DNA of 64,000 nt from Setoptus koraiensis (GCA_048013815.1 CM106585.1:18972001-19036000), one strand, 5' to 3'; shown: positions 39,124 through 54,215, counted from the first letter of the stretch. Notes: generated from the sequence alone by a model not told the origin. Made by a program: numbers and translations.

Positions 39124-40954
39124 TCAATTGTCCAAGAACGGTCCATCGTCACACGGAACAACATACAGTATTAGTTGACAGAGTTTTGTGAATGAGTCTG
39201 AAGGCATTTTTTGATTTATAAGATTACATATTGGAACAAACGAGATAATATAAATATCATTATGTAGCTAATTATTAGACTTCTCAATTAGAAAGCATCC
39301 AGTAGTTTTTAACTGACTTACCTAGTGCTGCCGGACGAATTCTTCTTTTGACAAAAACAGTGTAGACCACGACACCTGTCATGATATACATTATCACGTA
39401 TAGGTACTCAATTTGTGGATTTTGCATAATTGGTGCAATAACAAAGTACATTGATATGACAAATACAAACATTGGTATACTGATGTGCACTTTGTAATGT
39501 CTATGAGTATCCTTCCATGGATCTTTGTAACGAAGTCGTATTAAGGCCAGCATTGTTAATCCGTAGAAAAGCCAAGCAGTAAAACTGAAAAAATCAATTA
39601 AACTGTCAATATTGCCTGGAATGACATAGACAATCGATAGAATAGCGTTGAGTATTAATGCCGGCGATGGAGTATATTTTGACATGTGTATAAAAGCCAA
39701 TATGTCAGGTAAATGATTTTCTCTGGCAGCCGCAAAAGACAATCGTCCACTTGTGAAACAAGACCCGTTTCCGGCGCCAAATGATGATACTACAACGGAT
39801 ATTGGTATTATTACTGCGGCAAAACCTAAAACATGGTTGCCCCAAGTTACAGCTACTGCATCCGATAATAAGATCTCTTGAGGTGACATGACAGTCAAAT
39901 AAGATATGTTGGTCAGAACATAGCAGGCAGTGACGATGGGTATACCATATATGATGGCTAACGGTAAATTCCTGTACGGGTTAATCAATTCTTCAGTTAC
40001 ATAGTTGAGATTATTCCATCCATCATAGGCCCACATGGAAGTATAAAAGGCCGTGGCTATATCGGAAAAGGTCGCTTTGGATCCCTCAAAACCTGTAGAG
40101 ATATATTTTGTTTCACCTTGGCAGATCTTAATTAGACCGCCTATAATGACAATGAATATAGCAATCATCTTGGCAGCTGTAAACAAATTTTGGGTACCAG
40201 TGGCCAGATTGACACTGTAGCAATTCAAATAGGTTATAGTAACTATGAAGAATATTGTTAACAATTTAACAATGATTGGCATTGAACAGCCGGGAAATAT
40301 CGGACTAACTATATATTCGCTCAGAGTTAGACAGATTATTGATAACATGGCTGGCTTCAGAATAAAAACCGATATCCATGAGAATAAGAATGCTAACGGT
40401 CCCCCAAATGCCTCTAATATGTAAGAATACTCTGCACCGGATTTGCTGATTAAAGTGCCCAGTTCCGCGTAACATAAAGCACCCAAAAGCGATAGTAGTC
40501 CCGATAGGGCCCAAACAATTAAACTGAGTCCCACGCTACCTGTTCGTTGCAGCACACCTCTAGGTGACAGAAATATACCTGAGCCAATCATGGTGCCAAC
40601 AATTAATGCAATGCCACTGAAGAGGCCAACGCGACGCTTCAGTCCCACCATGGGTATGGCGGCTACACTAACGGGGCCCATTTGGCTCACACCGCAACCA
40701 GCAACGGCACTAACGGCATCTAGATCTTGTTCGTGATCTCTGATTGATGGCAAACCTAACAGGTGCTGATCTTGACGTTGGTGTAGATTTTCGCATGACG
40801 GTGCATAGTTGTTGCTGCTATTGTTGCTGTTTTTGTCTGTTAATAATGTCGTCGAGGTAGACAGATTCAATTGACTCGGGCCCAAATATGCGGCGGACGC
40901 CGACAGATTGTCTCGACGCACCAAATTGGTTGCTGGATCATTCTTGCCCAACAT
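39124..40954 (-). CDS. SLC7 L-type/b(0,+) amino acid transporter light chain (exons 40954-39322, 39197-39124)
   Basis: IVGTMIGSGIFLSP, LCYAELGT, WAYDGWNNLNYVTEE; last exon DSFTKLCQLILYVVP. Confidence 0.93.
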
Positions 40955-43900
40955 GGTGGTCGGCTAGTTTTCTGGTAGTCTCTTTGATTCTTTATTGACT
41001 GTATATTGGCTGTTTTATTATTATTGATTAATTATGTTTGCTTTACTATCTTGAAATCTTGTTATGTTTGGTACTTGATTATGGTTGTCTTGCTAGTTTC
41101 TTTATTTCGGTTTTGTTATGCTTGTTATTGTTTCTTCTGTCCTCTATTAATAACTGGCTGATTATCTGGTTCACAAATTTTTCTGTAATTTATATTCACA
41201 AAATTCTAGTTAAAAATCAGTTCTAATGATTGAGCATATGATTGGCTAGCAGAAAGAATTTTGTTAGATCTTTCATAGAATTTTTGTCGTTTGTTTGAGG
41301 CGCCGTTGTTTGCATGAGCATTGTTGCAACAATATGGATTATCAGCATTATTAATTCTACCTCTACTACTGTTCTAATAACAATAACGGTTTTATCTCTA
41401 TCTCTTTCTCTCTCTCTCTCTCTCGCTCGACTCGAATAGAAATAGAGATAAATCAAGCCGAAATTGTTGGCCTCTCGTGGCGAGACTATTTCTCTATTAT
41501 TCACAGAATTCTCTTTTATTGCAGTTCATACACCTGTGTGTGTATGTGTGTGTATTGGCCCATAAAATCCGTTCGATAGACTAGACGCGATGTTGTCGTT
41601 GTTTCAAAATTTGCAAGGTTAAGGTTCGTTGAATTCGTTGTGTTTGAGAACCGTTGGTTTGGCATTTAGTCTCAATTGGTTATGGTCTTCTCTCATCCAG
41701 TTATATAACGTGAGCGAACATAACGTGAGCTAGCTATATATCTAGCTAGGCAACGAACTCGACTCACTTATAGCTACTTACAGCTATGCGCAATGAGCGC
41801 TATGTACCCCTAGATTTGAGTCGACTCTTGCGCCTATTGTGCGCTCTCACGCATTATACGCTGCCTCTTTTATTATTTGTGGAACGAGGATATAAAATGT
41901 AGAGGCGTCAGCTAAGAGAGCATCATGGATGGCTTGTCACACAATTCACCCCCGCCCACGCTAATAACGTTGCCGTTGCCACCACTAACCTAGCAATATA
42001 TTAGTAGTAGTGGCACATAATGGTGACAGTGGTGGTAATAGCGATGGGGAAATAGAGAATCAGAAAGGGATATAGTTGTGCCGTGGTGGCTTTTTGTCCC
42101 CTTTAATACTATTGATATTGTTACATAATCGCCTTATATATATATATGTCTGGCGGCGGCGGTGGCGGCCTTGTCACGTAGATGCAGAGTGTTGTTGTCG
42201 AGCCCACTTTAAAATGAACTACGAGAACCGCCTCTACTGTCTCCCTCGCTAATATCCTTGTCGTGATAGTATCATCGCGTCTCGTATTTCGCCCCTAAGC
42301 TAAGCGCGCAATTTAGAGCATTGATAGTTTTATTGATCATTATTGCGCTTGCTTGCTTGCCACTGGCTTGCTGACTCGCTAATTCGCAAAACGCGGCTTG
42401 TTAGCTGTTGTATCAAGCTAGACAAGCTACTTGCATGCAAAACAAGTGAAAGTGGAGAAAGATTTGCGACAAATGACAACTAATAACAGTGCAAACATAG
42501 TTAATGCATGATGGTGTCTCGCAATATTGTTGCCATTGCTGTTTGATGGGACGCGCATCTAGTATTTGAGCAATAACAGTCCGAGAAATATGCTGTCATA
42601 TAGCAAGAAAATATTTTTCTTGTGTGTTGCCCAAATGGTGGTAGTGTGGCAATACACAATCACAATCATCTAAACAAATACCATGTCACTACGTCAACAA
42701 CGGATACATACTACACATCTACCTAAACATACGGTTAACAGACAACATGATGACATGGAGAAGATCAAGTGCCCGACAACGACGAAAGAATGCTGCTGCT
42801 GTCACATTTTCTTTGTTTCACTACCAATAATAGTACAACTAATCTGACACTGTAGTCTAGACAAATAGCATCTATTATTTGTGGATGGCAAGAAGAAACA
42901 CGGCACGACAAAAATGTCTCCTATCATCATGTGCGAGTTTTTGCTGTTCCTCACTGCTACTTCTGCTACTAATTCCGATCTATCTATCATTGTGTAGGGG
43001 CCCCATGATGCATTAGAGCAGTTGTTGTTTGTTTCGCCGATAGTATCATGGCCGAAATATGCGCACATTAGATAGATGGATAGATAGAGGACGCGAGGGG
43101 AGACAGAGAGAGAGAGAGCCGAGTGAAGCTGTGGATGTTGTTGCGAAAAGATGGCAGCGCCAAGCCTCTCAAATGTCGCCAAACAGGACATAGATACGCA
43201 GAGCTGCATGGCGGCAATAAACGCAGCAGCGTGGGGCGCATGACCGAACTAGATTATCGAGTTTGTCGCATGTTATTTGTATCGGAAATGCTGCGGCTGG
43301 CCTTGGTTGAGACGCTGACAGAACCTGTTGAGATTTGTTTTGTTTCGCGGATATAGATCTGGGCGATTGAGGTGGCCACAATGTCAATGACGATGGCGTT
43401 CACTCGGTCTTGGCGGCCGTAAACAGACAGTGGCCAGATCGGCGATGATCTGCACTAATCACACGTAGCGACTGTAGCATGCGAAGATGCGGCCAGACGG
43501 TTGACGATTGTCACAATTGAATTGTGACATTGTGAGCAGCCCAGCTGATGCGAGCAAGAAGTGAAATGACACACAAAAGCGCCGCATAATGAAGACAAAA
43601 CGCCCATAGGCGAAACGTTGCCTGACAAACGTTGTGAGTCAAATCCAGTTTGAGACTGTCAAATTGAGAGTCTAGCCACTTTGGAAAAATCTCGCCGTTT
43701 GTGCGTGTAGCGTGCCCTCGAGCGAGTGCAACTTCACGTGCCGATGCACCGTGGCGCCGCCGACATTGTGTGCATCGCACCCAGCGGCGGAATTTTTCCC
43801 GAGCAAGTCACTATGTGCATAAATATGTATAAATATGTATAAATATGTGTCAGAGTGAGTCACTTTTAAATAGCGAAACACTCTTTCACATACTATCATC

Positions 43901-44038
43901 AGCAGCCATAATTTGTAGATTTGATTGGTAGATCTGATTGACAGATCCGACTGGCAGATCCGATTGGCAGATCCGATTGGCACATCTGATTGGCACATCT
44001 CACACCCACACAAAGTTATCTCGTTCATCGTCTCAAGT

Positions 44039-46461
44039 ATGTCCAAGCTATTGCGCCTCTACAACTCCTGGGACCAGTACAGTACCAGCGACCTGGACAC
44101 AAAAGATGAGCTCGTAAGCACTCGCGCCGCATAATAATCGCGGCTATAAATGTCAGTGTAAATGTTCATTTGTATGCCCATCACTTTCTAACTTCATCTC
44201 TCACCATTGTTCCCCTCTAACAGGTTGTGCTGTCGCAGATTCAGCGGACCTCGTCCAACATGACCCAGCACAATCAAGTGAGCAGGGACTCGTCTAAATC
44301 GTCTAACCAGAGCTTTTATACGGACGCCAACATCAAGTACGCCGTGGAATTCGACAATGTCCAATTGAACTATGGCACCAAAAAGAAACCCGTTCACGTG
44401 TTACGCGGCATCAACCTAAAGGTGCCCGAGGGGGCCATTTACGCGCTACTCGGACCCAGCGGATGCGGTAAGACCACCCTCTGTAATTGTATCACTGGCC
44501 GCAATAGGCCCACCGAGGGCACAGTCACCGTGTTCGGCAAGCGACCATGTGCCTCCGACAGCAACATTCCCGGCCCCATCATCGGTTACATGCCCCAGGA
44601 GATATCGCTGTTTCCTGACTTTTCCATCGAGGAGACGCTGCTATTCTTCAGCCGACTGTACCGTTTGGAGCGTGTCAAGGCCAAGGAACGCATCCAGTTT
44701 TTGGTCGATTTCTTAGAATTGCCCGACAAAACGCGAATGGTGGCCAATCTGAGTGGCGGTCAGCAGCGGCGCGTATCGCTAGCCGCGGCGCTAATACACT
44801 CGCCCCCGCTGTTGATATTAGACGAGCCCACCGTTGGCGTTGACCCGGTTCTTCGTCAGGTCATCTGGGACTATTTGGTTTTATTGTCCATCAAGGAAAA
44901 TTTGAGCATCATCATAACGACCCATTACATTGAAGAGGCGCGAGCTGCCAACGTTTGCGGACTCATGCGCCAGGGTCGCCTGCTAGTGGAAGAGAGTCCC
45001 AACTACCTGATGGAAAAATACAAGTGCCCCACCCTGGAGGCCGTATTCTTGTTGCTCAGCAGGGCCTCAGACAGCAACACCGACCCAGACCAGGCACCGG
45101 ACGAGATTGTGATAAACACTCACGCGCCCACAATGAAACAAATTGCCGACCGTAAAGTGGCTCAAGAGGAGGCGGCCGCTGTAGCGATAGATGCAAAGGT
45201 CAATGGCAAGATGATGCCAAATTTTGAGAAATTCGCCATTGAACAAACGCCCGAAACTCAAATGGGAGTTCTAAAGCAGGGCGTTAAACATTCATGCGGA
45301 CGTGTGGCAGCATTAACATCGAAAAATTTCGCCAGACTTATGCGCAATTTACCCGTGCTGCTCTTTCAGTTTTTACTACCATCTGTAGAAGTGATACTGT
45401 TTTGTTTATGTATCGGCCAGGACCCATTCAATCTACAAGTGGCCATTTATAACGAGGAGTGGGACATGTCACTCAACGAGAGCTATGCTCAACAATTTTT
45501 ATCGCACATCAGCAACAGGTCAATAATTCAAGTACCCTATAACAGCTCCGAAGGGGCCCTGCAATCGGTTAGAGTTGGTGACAGCTGGGCTGCATTGACT
45601 CTGGCCGATAATTTCACTGCCGCACTCAAATATCGGGTTTTGCTGCCCACCGACGATGATCCCTGGAACACCGACGCTGCCACAGTTCATTTACACCTGG
45701 ACAATTCCAATTATCTTATTGGACTGCAACTGCAGCGTATGATATACTCAGCGTTTGAGTCATTCGCAACAGAGACACTTAAGGCGCAAAACATCTCTAC
45801 CAACATGGCTAAACTGCCCGTCCATATGGAACAACCTGTGTACGGTGTCAAAAATCCAACATTCACAGAATTTATGGCTCCTGGTGTGCTGTTGAGTATA
45901 GCCTTTTTAGCGGCGGTTGCTCTGACGGCAATCGCACTAGTTCAAGAGAGAAAGGAGGGCTCGCTCGAGCGATGCCTAGTTGCCGGCATATCATCGACAG
46001 AATTCATCATCAGTCATGTGATTACACAATTGCTCATATTGCATGTCCAAATATTCCTTTTACTCATATTCACTTTTTTGGTGTTCGAGATACCATCGCG
46101 AGGACCATTCTTCTGGGTGATCGTACTGACACTGTTACAAAGCACATGTGGTATGGCCTTCGGACTGATGATATCGGCTCTTACCAAGGAGGAAACATCG
46201 GCCACTATGCTGGCTCTAGGCTCATTTTATCCAAATCTTTTATTGAGCGGAACTGTCTGGCCAATTCAGGCCATGCCTGAGGCAATGAAGTATTTAGCCA
46301 TTTGTCTGCCGCAAACACTTCCAATAGAATCGTTGCGATACATGCTGAGTCGTGGCTGGGACATAACATATCCCGAAGTGGCCACTGGCTTTGGCGTCAC
46401 CATTGCCTGGACATCATTCTTTCTTATATCCGCAGTTTTTATTTTTAAAGCCAAAATTTAA
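44039..46461 (+). CDS. ABC transporter subfamily H (arthropod ABCH half transporter; exons 44039-44113, 44224-46461)
   Basis: Walker A GPSGCGKTT, LSGGQQRRVS signature, DEPTVGVDP, NBD-TMD order, EFMAPG ... ERKEGSLER. The first exon is inferred. Confidence 0.93.
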
Positions 46462-49400
46462 TAATTTTGATAATTTTTAATGCAATTAATTAGTTGAATA
46501 AATAATTAATGGAGAAAACCATTGCAAAACTAACATCAATCTTTGGCATGTTCCACCGTTTCTGACCAACGTATTGAGGCATCTTCTGTGGCTGTTAGTT
46601 AACATATTGAGTCAGCTGAGTAGGTGCACAGCTATGCTAGATGAATCCGGACTATCGACATTGTTAACGTTATTGTTAATGTTGGAGGCTACCCTGGGAA
46701 CAATTGGCGATGACACAGGAACTATTGTTAGATAGTAGGTAGGTTACGAACGTAGATCTTTTGTGTCCTGGAATCTGCTGGGACGTTATCATTCGTTCAT
46801 CAATTGAGTGGAACACTTTGAGCACTTGTCGTCCTGAATACAGTTGTAACATCAGGGGTGTAGTCGTGTGGTTCGAAGGTCATCTCGACAGACCGTTTGC
46901 TCTGTATCTCACATCCTGTCTGCTTGTCAGCTCCGTGCTGCGGCACCAGTTTCTTAATTAATAGTTGAGGTTGCACACACCGATGTCCATTGTGGTATCC
47001 CTGATCATGAATGAAAGTTGCAATAACATCATCTCGCTAGTATTGGGTTGATAGACTAATAAGAAAACTTTCCAACAAAACCACAGCCTACACTATAGGC
47101 CCTATAGAGAATATGACGATAGCGATTGCAGTGGCGAGGAAAAAGGTAAACATTGTGACTGATCGGCTGTTTTCCCTGGACTGAAGCTCTCGGTTGGGGA
47201 AGAGTCCGCCAGGGGCGCCCTCGGCGTTTTTTAAATGTACAGTCGCACTGGTTGTGTTGTACACACAGCCTGTGTGTGTGAGTGTTTTTTAAAGCCTAGT
47301 TGCACTACTGTCACAGTAGTACTGTGTGTACTGTAAGTGTGCACTGTGCTGTATGTGTGCAGGGTGTCTCGAGCAAGCGACGTGAGTACAATGTTCTGTA
47401 TTCATGTGCGACGCAATAAGTCGCACAATGTGCGCAGATAGCTGAGAGGGGGCAGGGGGAGGGCAGTGGTGACCAGTGTTTGGCGTTGATCGAACAAATG
47501 AAACGCACAACAGCAAGAGTGTGTGTGCGAGAGTGAGCAAATGAAAACAATAGCACGGACTGTGCAACACGACGACGAGACATGACTCAACATCAAACTG
47601 CAAACGATCGAACGACCAATGGACGGGGGGGGGGAGGGGGGCGCGCACGAGTGTGTTGGCTCGAACAAATAACAACAAGAAAAATCGAATTTATACCTTG
47701 ATATCACTGCATTCGTCTGTTACATGTTGCCGTTGCGAATGGTGCAGGGGGCAGTAAATTACAGTATATTAGGGTATATTATTAGGGTTTATTATACACA
47801 CACTGTGTGTGTATTACCGACATTACTCTGTACAGACAGGGGGCAAGAACGGAGCGCGACGAAACGATACGGAACAGGCCAGCCAGCCAGCCAGCCAGCC
47901 AGACAAACAAACGGGCAGGTCTGCCACTTGGACTTTACATATATATTTATCATTATATCTTTATATCATTATATCATTGTAGCTTGTATTGCCAATAGTC
48001 GTGTCGCAATCAAATGTAATTACCACTATTGCCACCAGAGATAATACGTTATATTTTTGCTTATTACCACAACTATTACTATTATTATTATCCCCTTGGT
48101 GTGGCCAACCAATGGAAATGGAATATTTTTGTTTACACGATCGGGACTAATGTAATCTGGGCACTCACATTCGTCGTTATACAAAGGGATATTGTTATTG
48201 GTAGTCAGCGAATTTGCTCGGCATTTGAACACAGCACATTCAGTCTTGTGATACGTCGACAACGAACCACCAACAAAAAGAGACCAGCAAGGCTGCAGCT
48301 TGGCATCAAAGTCATCACACTTCAATTGCAACTCTTTAAATCATCGTATGTTTACGAAGAAGCAGCCTGGCGTCACCTTTTACACACTGTGCGACACTAG
48401 AATCAATTCAACATACTCACTCTCACACATCTATGCTAACAAAGAAACAAATTTTGCCAACAACAAATCACGAGTTACAACACATGCGATATAATACTTA
48501 ATATCACGATAATAATCCATCCAGCCAACATCAATCAACAACAACAGCAACAGCAACCACAACAAATAAGAGGCAACACTATTTCACTATTCGAATTCGT
48601 TGCTTCTTCCAACGCCATCAGTTATATTTGCTCTCTAACACTCATGCCACACCGATCAAGAGCGCCTCGACAAAGATCACAAACGTAACGCTGAAAGAGA
48701 AAATTGGTTATTCAACTTGCCATTAGAGTTTAGCAGCTCCCAGCAAGCGCGGCCAGACAGCAGCTAGCAACTTCTAGATCTTACATGTTAGATAAAAGAA
48801 AAATATACATAAATATAATAGCCGCTGTTGAAGTTTCCACAATAGTAGCGCACACAAAATTTATTTAATACACATAATAACACACACATACACACACACA
48901 CACACACGTTCGTGTGTGACGTATTATGTCATACCCTACTGCAAAGGATCAACAACAATATTGGAGCCTTTTATTTTCACTACATTCACTACAGTACTTT
49001 AGTATAGTTGCTCAACTTACAAATACTAGAAATACATACATGCTCATGATGTGAAGAAAGAAAGAGTTCTAACAAACAGACTTTAACAACAAACATCCAC
49101 ATGATACAGGGATAAAAATTATTATAATGGTATTCAACAACTTCATTAGTCATTCGCTACTTCAGTTCTTTATTATCATCGCGCGCACACACATACACTA
49201 TTTATAGAAGAGGTGATGCATCTTGTGACGGGGCAATAATTAAATTGGATGAACTCCTTCTTCTGTCGCTGTTGCTCTTGCAACATATGATGTGAACAAA
49301 ACAAACAGCTAATCGACGTTCACGTAAAGGTTATATCAAGCCAAGATAATTTTATTGGCAGCATAGGAGATTTGACATTGAAAATAGCTCGAACTCTATT

Positions 49401-49819
49401 ATAGGCACCTAGTAATGGTAGGATAACATACACACTATATTCCAGAGCAATCTTACTAAAGTCGAAAGCGAACAACGTGGTACAACAGAGAGGGCCGAAT
49501 CTTACTATAGATCAAACGCACGAGAGGTGTATACTTCTTTGCTTACATCGAAATCAAGTCAATCGAAAGATTCAAGCAGCCCATCAAAGACATTTGTTAT
49601 TTTGAAGAAGCAGAAGACGAAGAATATCAACCCTAATTTGCAGCAAAATTACAGTAGTCACACATGAGATAAAGATCTTAACAGAACTCAGTCAATTGAA
49701 AAATAGTTTATTTTATTTCCATGCAACTGCAGTCACTTAGTAACAAAAAGTAGTTAATATAATATTTGAATGATAAAATAACTCCGAGACATAACTAATA
49801 TATTCAAATTAAAAAAAAA

Positions 49820-52633
49820 ATGCCCTTTATCGGCAGAGATTGGAGATCTCCAGGTGAGGCCTGGGTTAAAACAGAAAGTTTAGGCTGGCAAAGAGCAAAA
49901 ATAATTGAATCTTCGACCATACATCCTACTGCTTGTCATATAAGGTAAGTGGATATTCAAAGCTCCATTACTAAATCGCCTTATCTATTACTGTACAGTA
50001 ACTAACAACGAGTGTCATCAATCTTTTTAATTTTATTATATTCAATCTAGATCATGTAATGAATATCTAGATACCAGCTCATGCATAGGTCCAAAATCTT
50101 GGCCTCCTAAGACTGAAATTGGTAAGCATATGCCAAAAGAGTCTAGTCACCACAAAAGCTCACAGAGTAAACCACGAAAACTTAGACAATCTTGGCTGAA
50201 AGTAGTAAACGACGAAAAAATCAAATCTATTGATACTCACACTGTAGGTATTATGACAGACGGTAACACTTGTTGTTGTTGTTGTAAGAAGTTAGAGGCT
50301 CCCCACAATAGTAATTTACTATCTAAGTCAGTTTCACCAGAGAGACACTGCTCATCAGCTGGTTATAGCATGAATTATAACAATGAACTTCAAAGAGCAA
50401 GAAGCCCAACTCCTACATGTTCAAGGTCTGAATCAGCTAACTCATCGTCATCTTTACTTGAAAACTACAACAATGAACTAGAACTTTTGACGTCAACACC
50501 CACTGTGCACTATCATACGCCATCCTCTTGTACAACAATGACTTCACCATCAAATCACCAGACAATGAACTGCAATGAATATAAGAGAACATCGTCTTCA
50601 TCTCCTGAATCTAATTCATCTATTGATAACGATCAACCACAAATGAGGAATCAACAACCAACTGCCCATCAAATAAACATAGGTAGCCCTAGTTGTCATC
50701 ATCACAATCATCTACAGTCATCCTCATCGCAAGCTGTTCATCAAGTCACTGTCAAACAAGCTCCCCACTGCCAGATAACTTTGAAACCTACTAGAGAAGT
50801 AGCTACTTATAATACAATCAGTGAAGCTTTTTATCGTCTAGATTTTTGTAATGCCATACATGACATCCGTAGATTCAACTACATCTGTAAATTACTACAT
50901 CTTTTGATAACGCAAAATCTTACGTCCTTGAGTGGTTGTGCAACCAGAATTCTATTCACTATGCTCGAGCAAGTCGCTTGGCAAGTAGCTAGTAACAAAC
51001 AAAATATCCATATCCTATATAACCTATTAGATGACTTAAAGAAAATGATCCAAAAGTACTATTGTTGGGGTAGACCCATTGGTAGTTCCCTTTTATGGCA
51101 GCAGCATTTCAGCACTATAGAAAGAATAAGCCATCTTGCCGATCAGATTGATATAGCGCCACCTCCTAACAACGATAACACCCAGAAGACAATGAATGAT
51201 TTACCTGCAGAGATGATCCGTGAAATAATGTTGAGACTCAACGACTATCGAGATCTTGTTAACTCCGCTGAAGCCTCATCTGTGATGCAATCTATTCTCA
51301 ATGGTCAACACATATGGAGACAGTTATGCAAGTATCATTTCACCAAGCAGCAACTAAGACTGGCGATTGAGAATCATTATGGTTTATCGCAATCAACTTC
51401 ATGGTCGTCATCCAATGTTAAATTTGCTAAATTCGTGTCCGCCGATGGACGTTCGATCTGCCGTAGACCAATAAACCCTTATGAAAAAAGGAAACAGGCC
51501 AAGCAATCATCAAAACACGACAATTCAATAGAGTTTAAAGATTTAAATTCTAATAAAGACTCGGTACCTAAAAATAGTCAGAAGTTAGGTAACGAACAGC
51601 CGTCATTCAGCGACAATCTCAAGGTTAAAAGCAATAAGGAGAATGTACGATCCAATAAAAACTTGGATAGCTGTCATGATAACCATGTTTATCAGAAGAA
51701 ACTGTCTTTCAATAATAATGAACAAGATTTATCCTTCAATCCTGTTCAGAGTGAAAGAAATAGACTCAAAGATAAGACGAATCTAATTAACGACAGAGGA
51801 AATACTTGTGCAACCAATAAAGCTAACTGTAACAACAGTAGTCAAATACGCCAAGACGAACTTGACTGGGAGCAAGTCTTTCATCAGTTGCGAAAGTAAG
51901 TATCAACACAGCTCACTCTTGCTTATAAGAAAATAACAGGTTTTCAGCACGTAACGGACAACAAATTATATCAACTACTAATAATGAACATTACTTATCT
52001 GTTGTTTGTATTAGGAAATTTGGACTCAAGGAGGAATATGCTGACTGTCTCGTACTTTGTAGGCACTGCAGGTGCCTGTTTTGGAAATCATTCGGACACC
52101 CCTGTATAAAAAACGAATTAACCACTGAGAATAGATCTAATTGTTCTTCGTCCGACAATGATCAATCGAGAGAAAGACCTGTAGAAGAAGAAAACTCTAC
52201 CAACGAAGCTGGAAAATCGGTGGCTGTGTTAAGTCAATCGTACTTGCAAAGAGTTAACAATCGATCGGTCCATAACCCAGCATCCGAGCATAGCAGTCGA
52301 GGTACCGGAAATAGGAGTCTTTCGCGACAAAAAACATCTACTGATCCCAGCTTCAGTCAGCAATCAAATAGGCATGGCACTTCGAGTAACAACGCTGACA
52401 ATAATGCTGATTTTGGTTCCATGTCTTGCTCAATGCTACAAGCGGCTCGCTCAAACTTAGTTCAGAGAGAAGTTCAGCAGCCTCGACATAGTGATAGCAG
52501 TTCTAACCGCCCACCTAGCAATGTTGATGGTGATAATATCAATGGCAGATCGGCTAGAAATATTCAAAAGAATACTTACAGCAGCCATGTCGCTATATCA
52601 CCTCAAGCATTTTTGAAGTTCTTCTCGCTGTGA
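49820..52633 (+). CDS. FBXO32: F-box protein 25/32 (atrogin-1-like) (exons 49820-49944, 50051-51895, 52015-52633)
   Basis: MPFIGRDWRSPGEAWVKT, EAFYRLDFCNAIHDIRRFNYI, F-box DLPAEMIREIM, LCRHCRCLFWKSFGHPC, ISPQAFLKFFSL. Confidence 0.92.
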
Positions 52634-53390
52634 TCTTGACGTACAAAACTGGTCAGTTAGGCTCGAATATATAACACGATACAATGGAATTCATTCATGA
52701 CTATTCGTACAATTTTCGAGAGTTTTTCTGTACGATTGCTATCGTCTGCATTATCACAGAAAGAAGATAATCAATCCATCTATCCCATTTTACGATTGTC
52801 GTCTGTTTGAGGAGTGCAATGTTGTGATTTTGCGAATTTTTCGGAGGCAGTCATTAGGCCACGTTGAAGCATTACAGGGCCATTAATAAAATGTATACTC
52901 CAGCCAACAGTTCAAGTGTTTGTTCGTTTGTTTGTTTGTTTGTAGAATCCTTATCAAAATTTTAAACTAACCACCAATTGCTCGATGGATACAAATCCAG
53001 AATCATATCAATCTAATTATATCTGACAACTCATTCAAATTGTGTCTCGAGAACCCCACTTTGTGTAACTATAAATATCGCATGAGTTCAAAAAATACAG
53101 ATAAATCATGATAAATTCAGGATCATATAAATCATATGAATGATTCTATTATTAAATTCATGGAATTCTATTTATATTTATATACCCTGTGATGCTCGCT
53201 CAGCAACAATTTATTCAAGCAGTCATCTATGAAGAATATAAAATGTTGATCGTTGATGAACCATGAATCACTGGTATCGCATCTTAACAAAAGACATTTT
53301 GATCGAAATACAAATTCAGATATTGATTATCCTCTAGTACAAATAGGGAACAATTTCAGAGGAAGTGTTTGGAAAGAAAGAAAAAAAGAA

Positions 53391-53711
53391 ATGTCGAATA
53401 TGAACAGTATTAGTTTAATTTTGGCATTAGTTTTATGCACCCAGTTGATGTTGGTGACGGCCGATGGCGATTGTTCCGAGTACAAAAGGAGCGGATACAC
53501 CGTTGTTCTCGAAGAACTCGGCAATTGCAGAGATCTTTGCATACATGCAGGTTACCCGGATGGCAAGTACCCAAATCCGCCTTCCACGAGGCGTCGTCCT
53601 CTTCGTCCTATGTTGGGAGTTTGTTGTTGCAAGGAAAAAGACGGGATCAGGTCCGGGGGAAGAGGCTTGTTCAGTAGGTTGATACCGGGTTGTATAACTC
53701 CTAGCATCTGA
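53391..53711 (+). CDS. Secreted cysteine-rich peptide, copy 1 (106 aa; CxxxC/CCC, defensin/drosomycin-like pattern)
   Basis: Signal peptide MSNMNSISLILALVLCTQLMLVTA; mature DGDC...CRDLC...GVCCCK; paralog at 60281. Confidence 0.75.
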   Translation: MSNMNSISLILALVLCTQLMLVTADGDCSEYKRSGYTVVLEELGNCRDLCIHAGYPDGKYPNPPSTRRRPLRPMLGVCCCKEKDGIRSGGRGLFSRLIPGCITPSI

Positions 53712-54171
53712 TTATGGCAACACAGCTGAATGTATAACTGGTGTCGCGATTTTGAAGGAGATTGATGTCCGTCGATAGAATGAGTCTGGTGCTGCAGCTA
53801 GGGCATGAATACCAGGGTAGATTTTCAATTGAACAATGGACAATGACAATCGATAAAAACTACGTGAGAATCATGGAACGGATTCAAACAATTGTTATAT
53901 TGTTGACCGCAGAGGAACGATTCGAAGACTAACAAGAACTAATTTTGAGATTATTAGATATTTAAATTGGCATCAAATAGCGATGCAAGCTAATTTACCT
54001 CAAATATTCTGTTGACAATAATTAAAAACTATAAAACTCTTGACGGATTGTTTGTAAATTGCACATCGCATGTTACAACTCTTGTTCACTTGTGTTCTTG
54101 AAAATGGACTCAAGTCGCAATTAATGTTGTGCGAAGGATGATTTAATTCATGCAATTACATCATTGCCAAT

Positions 54172-54215
54172 TTATGGTAGATCTTGTGGATGGAGTGGAG
54201 CTAGTGGACGACGTA
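54172..54215 (-). pseudogene. Truncated 3' remnant (RRPLAPLHPQDLP*) of the gene at 61028-61351
   Basis: Near-identical to 61028-61071; homology stops abruptly at about 54215. Confidence 0.75.
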
